NCBI RefSeq assembly: GCF_009914755.1
Contig: NC_060937.1
Length of the DNA: 64,000 nucleotides
Origin: the human T2T-CHM13v2.0 reference genome, Homo sapiens
Reading direction: 5' to 3' (one strand)
The position numbers and the translations under genes were made by a program. Under the pieces are notes generated by a model that had not been told where the DNA came from, did not search any database, and worked only from the letters and a program-made list of their open reading frames with translations. This document shows, piece after piece, positions 40,020 to 52,959 of the stretch (its first letter is position 1; each line of letters begins with the position of its first letter).

Positions 40020-40575
40020 CTTGTTCTTTGTGCCCCAAAGCTGCAGTGTTATCTTCTTCCTGTGTTGGAAGGAAAGCAGGATCCCTATTTCCTCTTCCAA
40101 TCCATTGAACATAACCCTGATTCTTGGGCATATGGCTATGTGGGACAGCATACTAGAGAGAAATTGTGGCGTCTCTGAGACAACCACTGAAAATAAGTTC
40201 CTAAGAAAACCCACATCAAATGGAAGCCCCAAAGCCATCACATGTCCTGTGGCAGCCCCGGATCCTAAGATACCAGCAACAACAGCATCTTGCCTTCAAA
40301 GAGCACATTTTCTTTCGCAAAGCATTTTCCAACACAGCATCTCATTTTATGGTCAAAGCAAACCTGTGCACGTCAGGCAGGTGACAGTATGCCCACCCGA
40401 TGAAGACAAAAAAGGGGTAAGAATAAGTGGAATTCTATCCACAGTGCTGAAGGCCTTGGTAAATACTGCTAAGTCATCCTGTAGGTTGAAAATTGGCACA
40501 GCTATCATAAAATAGCTCAGAGTTGAAAATGAGATTGAGGAACTAGATGTTCCATTCAGCAGATAAGCCACCAAA
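40020..40575 (-). mobile_element. Highly decayed non-LTR retrotransposon RT fragment (RTE-X/L4-like)
   Basis: Collinear RT-like motifs on the minus strand: AVFTKAFSTVDR (40434-40469), GLPQ/GHVMA with a frameshift (~40230-40259), TISL*YA (~40146-40166), NGLEEEIGILLSF...LQLWGTKNK. Confidence 0.55.
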
Positions 40576-40659
40576 TGGATGATTTAAATGCAAACATGAA
40601 TATACCAAGTGTACATGCTGGCTATTTTTATGAATTCAATATTCAACAAATGTTTTTTG

Positions 40660-40890
40660 AAATTGTGAAGTCAATTCAAAAATATTTATTGGACATCTCC
40701 TTTGTGAAAGACACTTTCAGTGCCTGGGACACAATACCTTCCATGGGCTCCCTGTCACATGGGGGCTGCCCACAGGATGGTCAAGGCTGTGCGATCATTA
40801 TCATCCAGGAGGGAGTGGCCAGAGCTGCCTGAGGGGTTCAGGGAAAGCCTTCCTCAGAAACTGACCCATGAAATAGACCTTGAGGGAAAG
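40660..40890 (-). mobile_element. L2 3' fragment
   Basis: caattcaaaaatatttattggacatctcctttgtg...ggggttcagggaaagccttcctcag...gaccttgaggga. Confidence 0.55.
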
Positions 40891-41678
40891 GAGAGGGGTC
40901 AGAAACTGGCCCTGGCTCTTCCAGGGTCACCTATGCCTGTCCTGTGTGCTGCCACCTTCTAACATCCATCAACTTAATGAGCAGTGGGGCTCTCCATCAC
41001 TTGTCCCCCTATGTCCCAAACAAGAGAAAGAACCATTAGATCCCTGTCATTGTGTGCCAATGCCTAGGGCACCCCTCATTCCTCTGGACCTGGGTTCCTG
41101 CTCTTCCTTCTGCCAAGAATGTTCTTTCCTACCCATATCCATTCTTTCAAGTGGCCTCTGACTTCCCATTCTTTACAAGCCAAGCCGAAAGGTGAGCCAT
41201 GAGGTGGCTCATTTGGTGACTTTTTCGTGCACTGATCATCCAGTGCAGGCTTCGCTGCTGCCTCCTATTTCCACGTGGTGATGTGGAGTCTGGGCCTTAG
41301 TTACAGCACTTCTCACATGGCCCCCTCCACAAGAACACAGACTCCCTGGGGTCAGGGTTATATTCATGCCTATTTCCACAGTGCCCAGGACAGTGCTGGC
41401 ACAGAGCAAGTACTCAACAGAAGCCCATGAAAAGCAGAAATTATTACTAATACTGGTATTGAGATTTCCTGCCTGCTCTGAACACAGGCAGCCTCAGCAT
41501 ATTGATTGGGAGATGATTTTCACTGGCCTAGGGGCCTGTTGCCACGCTTGGACCCCTGTGCAAATTTAAAAACTAGGATAATTTGTTTAACAGGTCTTTC
41601 TATGAGCCTTTTTATCCCCCTTCTTTGGCTTTCTAGAAGAAGCTAAGGTTCAACAATATGGTTTCACCTGCCACTTGT

Positions 41679-41721
41679 GCTCACTTGTGCAAAGTGAGCT
41701 TGTGTCACTTTGCACAAGCTC
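41679..41721. repeat. Three overlapping perfect inverted repeats
   Basis: 14-bp stem 41684-41697/41705-41718; 8-bp stem 41679-41686/41692-41699; 9-bp stem 41696-41704/41713-41721. Confidence 0.9.
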
Positions 41722-41862
41722 AGCCAGGTACTTGAGGTACTCACTAACTCCCAGGGAGTTGTAGCCGACCAGGGGTTGCCACCTGACCCTGCCTGCCTCA
41801 GAGGTCTTCCTTCTAAAGGCTTGCTGCCCCCTGTTGTGAAGTGTAGGTGCACATTTTCTGAC

Positions 41863-42136
41863 TGCACTGTCTAGCACTTGAAATGTGTGTAGTCCAAATG
41901 AACTGCAAGTGTAAAATACACACCAGATTTTGAAAACTTAGTATATAAAACGAGTGTAAAATAGCTCTTTGGTATTTTTATATTTTTATACATTAAATGA
42001 CAATGTCCTGGATGTATTCGATTAAATAAAATACATTATTAAAGTTTGCTTCACCTTTTTTGCTTTTTTGATGTGAATCCTAGAAAATTTAATATGGCAA
42101 ATGTGACTCACATCCTATTTTATTGGAACAATGCTG
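41863..42136. mobile_element. MER33-like hAT-Charlie element
   Basis: agcacttgaaatgtg...aagtgtaaaatacacaccagattttgaaaacttagta...ttaaataaaatacattattaaa...ttattggaacaatgctg. Confidence 0.82.
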
Positions 42137-42269
42137 CTTTACAGTATTCAACGTAAGCAGGCTTATTCTTACTTTTAGAAGCAACAAACTTATTCTCCAA
42201 AATATGATCGTATCTAATTTTAGAGGACAAAAAGGCTATAAGTTAGAAAATAATCATAATGATGATATT

Positions 42270-42500
42270 AATAATAACAACGGCCAACACTTACTGAGAG
42301 CTTCTTGGCACCTCTCATTGCATCAAACACTGTGTGTATGAACATGTTTAACATTCATGGCAGCCTATGGAATGAGTACTGCAGTTATCTCCGTTATACA
42401 GACAAAGAAACTGACATACAGGCAGAAATGATAAGTTACCGCACAGGGTGTGGAAGAACTAAGATTCACACCAACGTCGTCATTTGGCTCCATAGTCCAG
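42270..42500 (-). mobile_element. MIR
   Basis: aacacttactgagagc...cagcctatggaatgagtact...tacagacaaagaaactga...tggctccatagtcc. Confidence 0.7.
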
Positions 42501-43419
42501 ATCCTTCACCCCCCTGGTGGTTTTCTTTCTGGGACTCACCCTGTGGCTCACATGGCTCTGAAAACATAGCTGGTGACAGAGACTCTCACTCTGAAGTAGG
42601 ATTTGTCTTGTGTGACATCATTCTGGCTGGCCCACAAAGCTTTTCTGGCTCACAGATGAGAAAAGTCAGTGTTCACTGTTAATATCATTGACGTCAGGGC
42701 CAACTATAACAGCTTCCAACAGGTCAGAGAAGGAGCCAGGCATTTACCCAGGTCCAGTTCCCACCCATCACTCAGGAAAGAGGGGAGGAGAGAAAAATGG
42801 AGAGGAGAAAGGGGATATTTCTCCAACCAGGTTGTTGGAAAAACTTAGATAATGCATGTGAAGGAAGGCCCTGAGCATGGTGCCTGAAATAAATTAAGGG
42901 TTTAATGAATATCTGTTCTTTTCCTCCCTGTTTTCCTCACTAAAATCTAAAGTTTAGGATCAGCTATTAACTTTGTTAAACATTGCATGACTCAAATGCA
43001 TCCATTCTCAAATGCAAACAGACCATTTAGGCATGTGCTAAAAATGTAGCCAAATGTCTACAGAATCAGGTAAGGAGCCATGCACTCTGACTCTCTTAGA
43101 ATTTCCGTGCCTTTTCTCAAATACATTATTGCTGTGAGAAATGCCATCATCTTCACAGTTTGTCATATTAAAAATTATTTTTATGTTTTTCTCCCCTAAT
43201 TTCTACCTCCTATTTTTTTCTGGAGTAATTTAAAGAACATCTCAGACATATATAATTTCACTTATAAATAGTTCGCTGTGTATTGCTAACAGATAAGAAG
43301 TTAAAAAAATAACCACAGTACCATTATCCCACCTAGAAAATTAATAACAATTCCTTACTATAATCAATTATAATACTCATTTTCCAGTTTTCTCAATTGT
43401 CTTAAAAAATATCTTCTTT

Positions 43420-43729
43420 GGCTGGGTATGGTGGCTCCTGTCTATAATCCCAGTGCTTTGGGAGGCCTGAGGCATGAAGCTTGTTTGAGGCCCGGAGTTA
43501 GAGGCCAGCCTGGGCAACATAGTGAGATCCTATCTCTAAAAAAAAAAGGAAAATCAGCCAGGTGTGGTGGCACATGCCTGTAGTGCCATCAGGGAGCTAC
43601 TCAGGGGACTGAGGGAGGAGATTCCTTGAGCCCAGGAGTTTGAGGCTGCAGTGAGCTAATGGCACCACTGCATTCCAGCCTGGGCAACAGCGCAAGACCC
43701 TGTCTCTGAAACAAACAAATAAATAAATA
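43420..43729 (+). mobile_element. AluJ
   Basis: Dimeric Alu with ttgaggcccggagtt and ttgagcccaggagtttgaggctgcagtgagcta, and an (AAAC/AAAT)n tail. Confidence 0.92.
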
Positions 43730-43857
43730 CACGTCTTCTTAGAGTTGGTTTGCTTGAATCATGTTTCTTGTTTTAAAGTTTCATTTCTCTTCTCCTTTCT
43801 CTCTCTCCCTTCTGTCTTCTACAAATATTTACCGTATCTTTCAAAGATACATATGGG

Positions 43858-44147
43858 AGCTGGGTGCAGTGGCTCATGCCTATAATCCCAGCACTTTGGG
43901 AGGCTGCGGCAGGAAGATCGCTTGAGCTCAGGAGTTTGAGACCAGCCTGAGCGACGTAGTGAAACCTCATCTCTACTGAAAACCTAATAAATTAGCTAGA
44001 TGTGATGGTGCCTGCTTGTAGTCCTAGCTACTTGGGAGATGGAGGCAGGAGGATTGCTTGAGCCTAAGAGCTCAAGACTGCCGTGAGCTATGATCACACC
44101 ACTGCACTCCAGCCCGGGTGACAGAGGGAGACCCTGTCTTTAAAAAA
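43858..44147 (+). mobile_element. AluJ
   Basis: Dimeric Alu with gatcgcttgagctcaggagtttgag. TSD atacatatgg at 43847-43856 and 44148-44157. Confidence 0.93.
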
Positions 44148-44573
44148 ATACATATGGCATGGTAAAACGAGTTAATTCCAAAGTAAATGAGAAAATATGG
44201 CAAAAGGTGAGTACAAGAAGAAAACACAGATGGAGCCAAGATTGTGGTGAGGACACAAAGGCCAGCTATAAAATTGCATGTCCCTTTTCCCTAGAAGTCA
44301 TGCATTTCCTTCTGAGCTTCCTAGCAGGAACTACAAAGAGGGCCCATGTGCACCTGTGGGACTCAGAGTTGATAACACACCATAAAACTGCTCAGGAGCA
44401 GCACAACCTGAGAGATATTTTCCCGTGGATCCTGACAAAGGAAACACTGAGTAATTGACCATACCATGTTCTCCATGGTAGCCTTGAACTCTAAGAAAAT
44501 AAGTTTCATAAGGACATTTTAAAAAATCATTCTGAGTATTTTAATGTTACTTCTGTTAATCAAGTATGATTAA

Positions 44574-44605
44574 CATGAATATTTCTTAGCATGAATATTT
44601 CTTAG
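44574..44605. repeat. Perfect 16-bp tandem duplication
   Basis: catgaatatttcttag twice (44574-44589, 44590-44605). Confidence 0.92.
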
Positions 44606-45059
44606 AGTTCAGTCATGAATCCATGCCATTTCCTGTAGCAGCTGTTGGCTGATCTTACCTAGAGAAGCTCTCCAGCTCACCCAGTCCAGTCGGACTCTCC
44701 TGAATCACCCTGCCATGCTGATCCTCCTAAGGGACCACTTTAAGCCCATTGCTCCCTTGCTCAAGGATCTTCAATAGCTCCCTATTGACTACTCTAGGGT
44801 CAAGTGCAAGTTTCTCTGCTGCAGTGATGCCTTTCACCTCATAAAGAAAGTTTTGTTCAAGAGTAACAAAAGCTTCAGAGAGACAGAAGAAAATAAGATC
44901 TTAGAAATGCCTGTGTATTTAGTGACTAGAAGATTATGGAGTAATCTTCAAGAGAGGAGTTTCTAAAAATGAGTGGGGGAAAACTAGACTTAAATTTAGT
45001 GCCATTCTATTTAGTACTTGAATGCTCTTTGCTTGTTTTATGTGGGCTTTAGTTTTGTG

Positions 45060-45245
45060 ATTCCACTGCCTGGGTTCCAGTCTTCGGCATGCTATTATTA
45101 CAACTTTGGACAAATTACCTAAGCTTACTGTGACTCAGTTTCTTCATCTGTAAAATGGGGATAATGTAATAGAACCTCTCTAGGAGGCACTGTTGAGGAG
45201 ACTGAGTGAGGCACACATAGGAAGTGCTCTGTAAGAGTTAGCTGT
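45060..45245 (+). mobile_element. MIR
   Basis: ctgcctgggttccagtc...ctcagtttcttcatctgtaaaatggggataat...ggcacacataggaagtgctc. Confidence 0.85.
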
Positions 45246-48122
45246 GCATCCTCCCGGCATGAGGTCATTGCCTCTTTGCAACAAGCACAGCAATTCTTCA
45301 TGTTGACTAAAGCCTGAGTCTCTTTTATTTTCAAAATATATTCTCCCACCACTTCTCAATATTATCTCTGAAAAGAATATTTTAAAAGAGTAATGCACAA
45401 GAAACAGTTGTTCACTTTAGTTCTTTCATCTTAAAAACTATAGGAACAATAGGCCAAGAGAGAATTACAACTCAATTTAACAAAAATCTTATAATAACAC
45501 ATACACAATTATAAACTTTAAAAGGTTTGGGGGCTCATTGACTCTTCTGAGGCATCCTTTGTTCAGTGATACTGAACAGTGAGGAACTTTTTCTGAAGTG
45601 GCCGCCTGGCTTGTTTTGAGGTGAAGTAAGAAGGTGTGATGAAGATCCCAGCTCACACCAGCAGATGACTGCTGCTGTTTCAGGGCTCTCTGATACTGTC
45701 TCAGCTATGGAGATGGCACTTTTTGGACCACACCAAAGATTCTCAAACTTTATTGTCTAAAACTCCATTTGCATTCAGCCAAGACCCATGTTTCCATGAG
45801 ATCATCTCTCATTAGATCACATTATTTATGAAATCCACTTTTAGAAGAAATGGATCCAGAAGCATTTCTTGGCCACATCAGGGTCTTCAGTCGAGTGGCA
45901 GAGTCAAGACATCTGGCCTCACTCTTCCCTGTGAAACTGGCTGAAAACAACTAAAATACCTTTTGAAAATTAGAAATGAAAATATACATCAAACTTGAAA
46001 ATAGCCCAGCTCCTGGTAAGTGCAGTCGGGTCAAACTTGGTTAAGGGAGGCGGCTGGAAGCAGATCCGTGCCTCTGCAGAGCTCAGGTAACATGGAGCCT
46101 GCCGGAAGTAGGCCTGTCATTCAAAGGAGGGAAGCTATTATCCTTGTGGAACAGCCAGGTTTGAGTGGGAAGGTGAGCTTTGGGGACATCCCTGAGCCTT
46201 GTGAGAGGATACAGAGCTGAATGAAGAAAGATAAAGACATGCCATCTTTGCTAAAAGGCAGCAGGGATGGGCAGGCAACTGGCCTTGCAGTTGAAGAAAA
46301 GTAAAATGCTGAATCCTTCTTTGTTTATCATCATGGCTGGCCAACTCTACTTCCTGCTGAGATGGGGAAAAAAACCACAGGATAGAGAGAAAGCCAAACT
46401 GATGGTTGACCCAGCTCACTTCCCTGCCCTCTCTGCCATAAAATATATCTCACCCATAAAGAACAGTCCACATAAAACAATGAGTAATCTCATAAAAAAG
46501 ATGAGTAATAATACAAAAGAAGTTTGCATGGGACACACTGAAAATATATTGCAAGAAAAATAAATGAGAAACATGACAAAAGGCAGACTAACATTCCAGA
46601 GAATTATGCCATAATATAGATAAAAATTGTAGAGAAACATTTTTTCCATTAAGAAGGTATAAAAATGGCTTTTCTGAAGCAATAATTCAAAGAAGGGCTA
46701 TATTGGCTCAAGTAAAAGGTAATTACAGAAGTGAAAGTTAACATTAGAAGAAGAAAAAGAGATACTGCTTAAAATAAGGCAGGGATAAAGAGAATATATT
46801 TGAAAATAAGAAGGAAAATAAATAGAAAATAACCAGATATTTAAAATGAATGAGAAAAGGATAGATATTGAAGACAAGAAAAGGAATTGCAGCTCCCTTA
46901 TGAATGGCATTCCCAGTAGAGGAAACATCACAAATATTCAGAAATAACACATACAATATTTCCTCAAATAAATAAGACCATAGTTTGAAATGAACCCAGC
47001 TGTTTCAGAAAAAAAAAAAATCAACACTGAAACATGGCCTAGTAAAGTTACTGGACTTAGAGTAAAAATCTGAGCTTAAAAACAATATCAAACAGTTATA
47101 AGAGGAAAAATTTGTTTGGTCTCAGACTTTTTTACAGCAATATTAACTGCTAGAAGATGGAGAAAAATGTTGTCATGTCCTCAGAAAATGTGTGGCCCAA
47201 GAATTTTCTACCTAGCCAAATTATTGTTTGATATTTCCAAGCATGTAATAACTCCAGGGAAAAATAACTTATGCGTTCTTTCTTTAAAAACAAACAAAAC
47301 TTGAAGCTGCCAATCAAGCGATCAAGGGAGGAGCCATGGAGTAATGAGAATAAGTACTGGATTTGCAAATAGGTGAAGTAAATGGAGGAATTATGATTAC
47401 AGAATAGAATATAACATAGAAATAATCATAGAAAAAGGAGCCAAAAATGAGAGGTAGAGAAAAGGAAAGAAGGCAATGTAAGCATGAGTTCCTCGTCTTT
47501 TGTAGTAATGTCTTAGATTTTCAAATCTACTGTTTAAATGAAAAACCAAGGAATAGAAGTGTTAGTGTATTATTCAAAAGTATAAAGGTAAAAGCTAGAA
47601 GCATTAATGATAATATAGTAAGCCAAAATTGGTCAGTGTAGGATAAGCAAGATGGAATAAGTGCAAGTGTAGTAATTTTCTCATCTTTCATTATGACAAG
47701 TCATCACTTACTATATAAGAAATTTTAAAATACGGTAAAATAGTACATAAAATTACAAAGATAACCACCAAAAGATCCTAGAATAGACTATAAACCTTTG
47801 GAACTATCAGAATAAAAACACACAATAAAGAAAACAAATACCATATGGGAAAATAATTGTGTGTATTTGTGTCTTTAATTTGTTTGTGAGTGTCTTTAAT
47901 TTATGTGTGTATAACATTATAAAGGAAAAATATAACTAAACATAATCCGTATGATTAAATATTTCTCCTATATCCAGAAATGTAAATTTATTGAAAGAAA
48001 AAGATTCTAAGCTTGTATTGCCAAACACAATCCAAATATATGCTATACACTGGCACACATGGCTAAAAGCATGCCAGGAAAATGCAGCAAAAAGAAGTAG
48101 TTCTCCTGATATTCATATTAGT

Positions 48123-48474
48123 TGCTATGCTTGAATGCTTGTGTCTCCACAGAATGCATGTTTAAACCGAACCTCCAAGGTGAGGGTATTAAGAGGTGGA
48201 GCCTTTAGGAGGTGATTAGGTCATGAGGGATCCACCCGCATGAATGGAACTAATGTGCTTATGTAAGTGACTTGTAGGAGCTTTTTGTCCTCTGCCACCT
48301 GAGGATACATAGAAGTTGCCATCTATGAGGAACAGGCCCTCAGTAGACACCAAATCCACTGACGCTTTGATCTTGGCCTTCTCAGGCTCCAGGACTGGGC
48401 AGAATACATTTCTGTTGTTTATAAATTACCCAGTCTAAGGTATTTTGTTATAGTAGCTGGAACAGATTGGGACA
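48123..48474 (+). mobile_element. ERVL-MaLR solo LTR (MSTD/MLT1A-like)
   Basis: tgctatg...gggaca termini, ggtattaagaggtggagcctttaggaggtgattaggtcatgaggg, and a perfect 5-bp TSD ttagt at 48118-48122 and 48475-48479. Confidence 0.93.
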
Positions 48475-48745
48475 TTAGTTCAAGGTGAATTAAAGACAAA
48501 GTATTAAAGAGAAAGAAGGATATTTTTATAATAAAAAGGATATAATACATAATGAAACTAATTTTCATGAATCTTTATGTGTCAAATATCAAAGCTAAAG
48601 TTATTGGAAATATAAAGAAGACTAAGGAGGAACTTGCTGGTTGAAATGTCTTTAATTCACTTCTCTCATCCCATGATATTAAGAAAAAAAAAGTAAGAAT
48701 AAACTAACCCTAAATAACATCATTAATAAGATAGATCTACCTGAA

Positions 48746-48751
48746 ACACAC

Positions 48752-48789
<38 letters not shown>
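48746..48789. repeat. (AC)n microsatellite
   Basis: (AC)3A followed by (AC)18 at 48753-48788. Confidence 0.95.
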
Positions 48790-48792
<3 letters not shown>

Positions 48793-50939
48793 TATTTTTT
48801 CTAATTATGTCACTAAAATGAAGAAAACATCTTCTTTTTAAACTATGCAACATTTAAAAACGGCAACAAAAGAATCCTCAATAGCTCTCACAAGTTGAAA
48901 AGATGCCAAACATATTCTCTGAGACTGATGAAAAAAAGAAAACCTGTAAGTTAATGACAAAAATAGACCGAAAAAAAAAAGCTCTACACTCAGAAATTAG
49001 AAAGCCAAACACAAACAGCGTAATGTCCTGTGGAAAAAGCATGGAAGGAAGGTGTTATTCATCTCATGCCAGTGAGTTTTCACATCTCTTGCCGGGCTCT
49101 CTACTTTATTTTCTAAGATTCCCTCAGCCCGAAATTCATTTCTTCAGCATGCTATATCTAAACTGGGAATTTCCTAATACACATGTACAACTCCTCTACT
49201 GTGTTCATCTCAATTCTTTATATATATAGATGTGTAAAATTTATTTGGGATTGAATTCCATTTGCCATGTAGTATAAGAGAATAAGCTATTTTAAAATTC
49301 TTTATTTGAATTTATGTATTGGTTTATTTGAAACCACATATTCATGTACTACAGGGAGCCGATAGGAGCAGGCTGACTGAGAGGTAGACAAGGTAAGGCT
49401 ATCATCATCAAGGTGGTCCTGCCATTGTACTGTCTTTGGAACCTGAGGATAAAGCTCCTGGGCTAGCCTGCCACCATTCTTGTTTGTACTTGGCTTGCCT
49501 TGGTGGTGTGCTGATGAAATTTCTGCTCTCCTTTCCATGCCCTATAACTGCAAGGACATTCTTTTCACCTCTAAGGTGCATTCTGCTTTGCCCATTCCTG
49601 CGATGTGGAGGCCTTGGGTGCTTTGAAAATACGTAACAGCCCACTCCCACATTTGGGCTGGATACATAGCAGCTGGCCCACACCACAGCCCCCTGAGAGG
49701 AGCCAGGTGTGATGAGTCTGTGTTTTTCTGATTTACTCGAGGCCTTGCCCACTCACTCCCTGGAAGGGGCTCTTGTAAATTGTGGGCAGAGCTAAAGTCT
49801 ATGACCCAGAAACATTGCTGAGATAATTTTCTCCAGGGACTGTCATCTAACATTTAATAATTATCCTCTCTCCTCCTGCAGCCTGGTTTGTGCATGTACT
49901 ACTCAGTTTTTATATTATATTAGTATCTTTCACCTTCATTTATATGTAAATAGTTGTTTAAAACATAACATTTAATTGAGAAAAAAGCACATGGCCATTG
50001 AAAACCACCTTGTTTCTGTATAATGTGGTTGATCCTGATTTCTTTGTCAAAAAAACACATCCTCTGACACAATTTACTGTGTTCACTACAATATTCAAAA
50101 CAGGTATCAATATTTTGGGGAAGTTCTTTGCTACAGAAGCATCCTGGTAGAATATCATGTGTGATAATGGTAAGAGGGTCTACTTTCTTATAAAGCCATT
50201 GATCTTGAACTTAGTGTATCAGGGGCAGTATCAGTGCAAATTGATTCACATATGTCAAGCATTAACTTACACTTCCAAAAAAAAAAGCAGTCAGTACAGG
50301 ACTGAACTCATCAGTTCCTTTGTAGTTGTTTGCGATGGTTCACAGAATAAGAATTCTTTGATCTATTTCTCCTTTAAGTACATCATAAACATGGGATGAT
50401 CACCATAGCCATCAACCTCAGATGATTCCGCTGAATGCCCACGTTGAGAGGGCTGGTGTGGATCACGTCATTTTCTCAATAATTTACTGAAGGTTCTTTT
50501 CTGAATCTCCCAATGTTATTTTTTGAGAATCCCTTTCAATGCATGAGTTTTCACTAATTTTTCAACTATTAGAAGAGACTTCTTTCCCTTGCCACGCAAG
50601 ACAAAGAAACTTACAACAAACACGGACATCTCAGGTGTCAAACCCAAACATTTCAAGGCATTTCTAGAAACAGTCTTATGTCCAGCTGCATAGCCTTTGT
50701 AGTTGAAGGTTGGACAGCTTTGATGGTTTGAATTTTGAAGTTTGAAAATAATGAATGGCACAGAACACATTGCAGTCTGTAGCCATTGTACAGCAACTCC
50801 TAAAGAATACATTCCTGCTCCCATTTGTGTTTCTTTAACATGGCTTACCCCCAAATATATGAATATTTCCCTGAGATGATGGAGTTTTGCTGTGTGAATG
50901 AGCCCTGGCACTGGCCATATTGCCTGTGGGAATTTTGTA

Positions 50940-51100
50940 ATAGCAGCTAAACTTTAATTAGCAGTTTCTTTGTTCCAGGCACTGTGCTAAGAGCTTTGCA
51001 AGTGTTTTTGCATATAAACCCTCACAACAAGCCAGTGTGTATGGATTATTACTACCATCATTTTACAGAAGCAGAAATTGATGCCTAGAAGAGGTTAGAA
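50940..51100 (-). mobile_element. MIR
   Basis: ccaggcactgtgctaagagcttt...cctcacaacaag...cattttacagaagcagaaattga. Confidence 0.8.
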
Positions 51101-51253
51101 GATTGGGTTCTTCAAATCTTACTTCCCACTAAAAGGAACCATCTATTCTTGGAGAAATGTCTAATTTCAAGTCTGGAGCAGAAAATGTACATGATGAGCA
51201 TATAATACCTTATCTTACAAGATGGCAGTGGAGCTAGTAAAGACTAATAAGCT

Positions 51254-51361
51254 TAGGATGACCAACTTGTCCCAATTTGTCCAGTACTTTCCCTCTTTTA
51301 AAATGGGAAGTCCCATGTCACAGGAACCCCCTCATTCCCAGGCAAACTGAGACAGTGGTCA
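51254..51361. mobile_element. MER81-like hAT-Blackjack MITE
   Basis: taggatgaccaacttgtcccaatttg...gaagtcccatgtc...cccaggcaaactgagacagtggtca. Confidence 0.75.
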
Positions 51362-51578
51362 TGTCAAATAATAATAAGCTCATTTCAAAAGGACACAGGA
51401 GCCAACTCTTCAATAGGCTCCCATGGGATGAAAATAAATTGAAATACATCAAATATGTAGACATCCATGAGTTCGTGATGATACTAAAAAACAAAACAAA
51501 TCATGACTAATTGGTCACCGCCGGAGAGAACGAACTCTATTTTGAAAATTGATCATTCTTCTAGCCTTTCCTAAATAA

Positions 51579-51851
<273 letters not shown>

Positions 51852-52959
51852 TGAAGAAGGAATACAAAATTAGAATATCACCATTTTGTAGCCCCTAATG
51901 AATGTGAACATTGAACATAAACAGCTGCTAATTTCACCAAGAGAGACAAATGAATGTGCATTACCTGTTGGAAGAACTAATGTCATGTAATTTATGAAGA
52001 ATTCTGGTCCAAGAAAGCCCCCCCGAAAAAGCAAAAAACCACCCTGAATCTGCATCTGGTTAACTTTTGATCCAAATACAAGAAACCCAAAAGACAGAGG
52101 GACATATTAAACACCCAGGAATGCAATCAGCAAAATAGAGTCTGCAGAAAGCTCTATAGGATGAATTATTTCTTCAGCCAATAATTGCATAGAAAAAAGA
52201 TGAAAGTAGAATGTACGGATTAAAAGAGACAAGATATATCAACCAATTGCAGTTTGTGAACATTATTTGCAAAATGATTCAAACAAACGATAAAAAATCG
52301 GAAATTTATGATAATTGTAAGTTTAAACACTGATTGTATATTTTATGATGTTAAACAATTATTTTAATTTTTTAAGTGTGATAATGGTACTGTAGTTTCA
52401 TTCGTTTGAAGAGAATCCTTGTGTTTTAAAGATATATACTGAAATTTTATGAATAAAATGATATATTGCACTTCAAAATAAATATGGGATGTGCTTCAAA
52501 ATAGTATATGGTGGAGGTTGGGGAGTGGGTTAAGATAAGTAAAACAAGATTGGCTGAGTTAATAATTGTTGAAGTTGGGTGATAGGTACATGGAAACCCT
52601 GTACTATTGTGACTATTCATGTTCATTAAAAAAATTCTTCATAGTAAAAGAGAGAGAGAATTAGACTAAGTTTTAAATGTCACATTGCTAGAAAATGGCT
52701 GAGCCAGGATTTAAACAAAGACAATTTTAGTCTATAATTGATATTCTAGATTTTCTATACTACCTCAAAAAAAATATTGAAATGTGGATATTAAACACTG
52801 ACAGAAGAGCTGAACAAAAGCAACTTCCCACTTCTCACCTCTCCAGTGCTGGTTATTTCAGAGTCCAAGATGGCAGATACAGTGAATTGACTTTTAGAAA
52901 ACTGAGTTTGCTCTGCAGGCTCTGGTTGAACTGCAATAATGCCTCTTTATTTTCTTTTC

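Larger units (their letters stand above)
45895..49010 (+). mobile_element. Ancient L1M 5' portion (decayed ORF1 and start of ORF2 endonuclease)
   Basis: A-rich strand. ORF1 C-terminal-like peptide SDFFTAILTARRW...PRIFYLAKLLF (47116-47304). Endonuclease-like sequence around 47980-48600 is split by an LTR. The 5' boundary is uncertain. Confidence 0.7.

Noticed and set aside
40015-40515. 166-aa plus-strand ORF as a protein-coding gene
   Set aside because: It has a non-ATG start in a MIR end and no recognisable domain, and is better explained as the antisense of a decayed RT.
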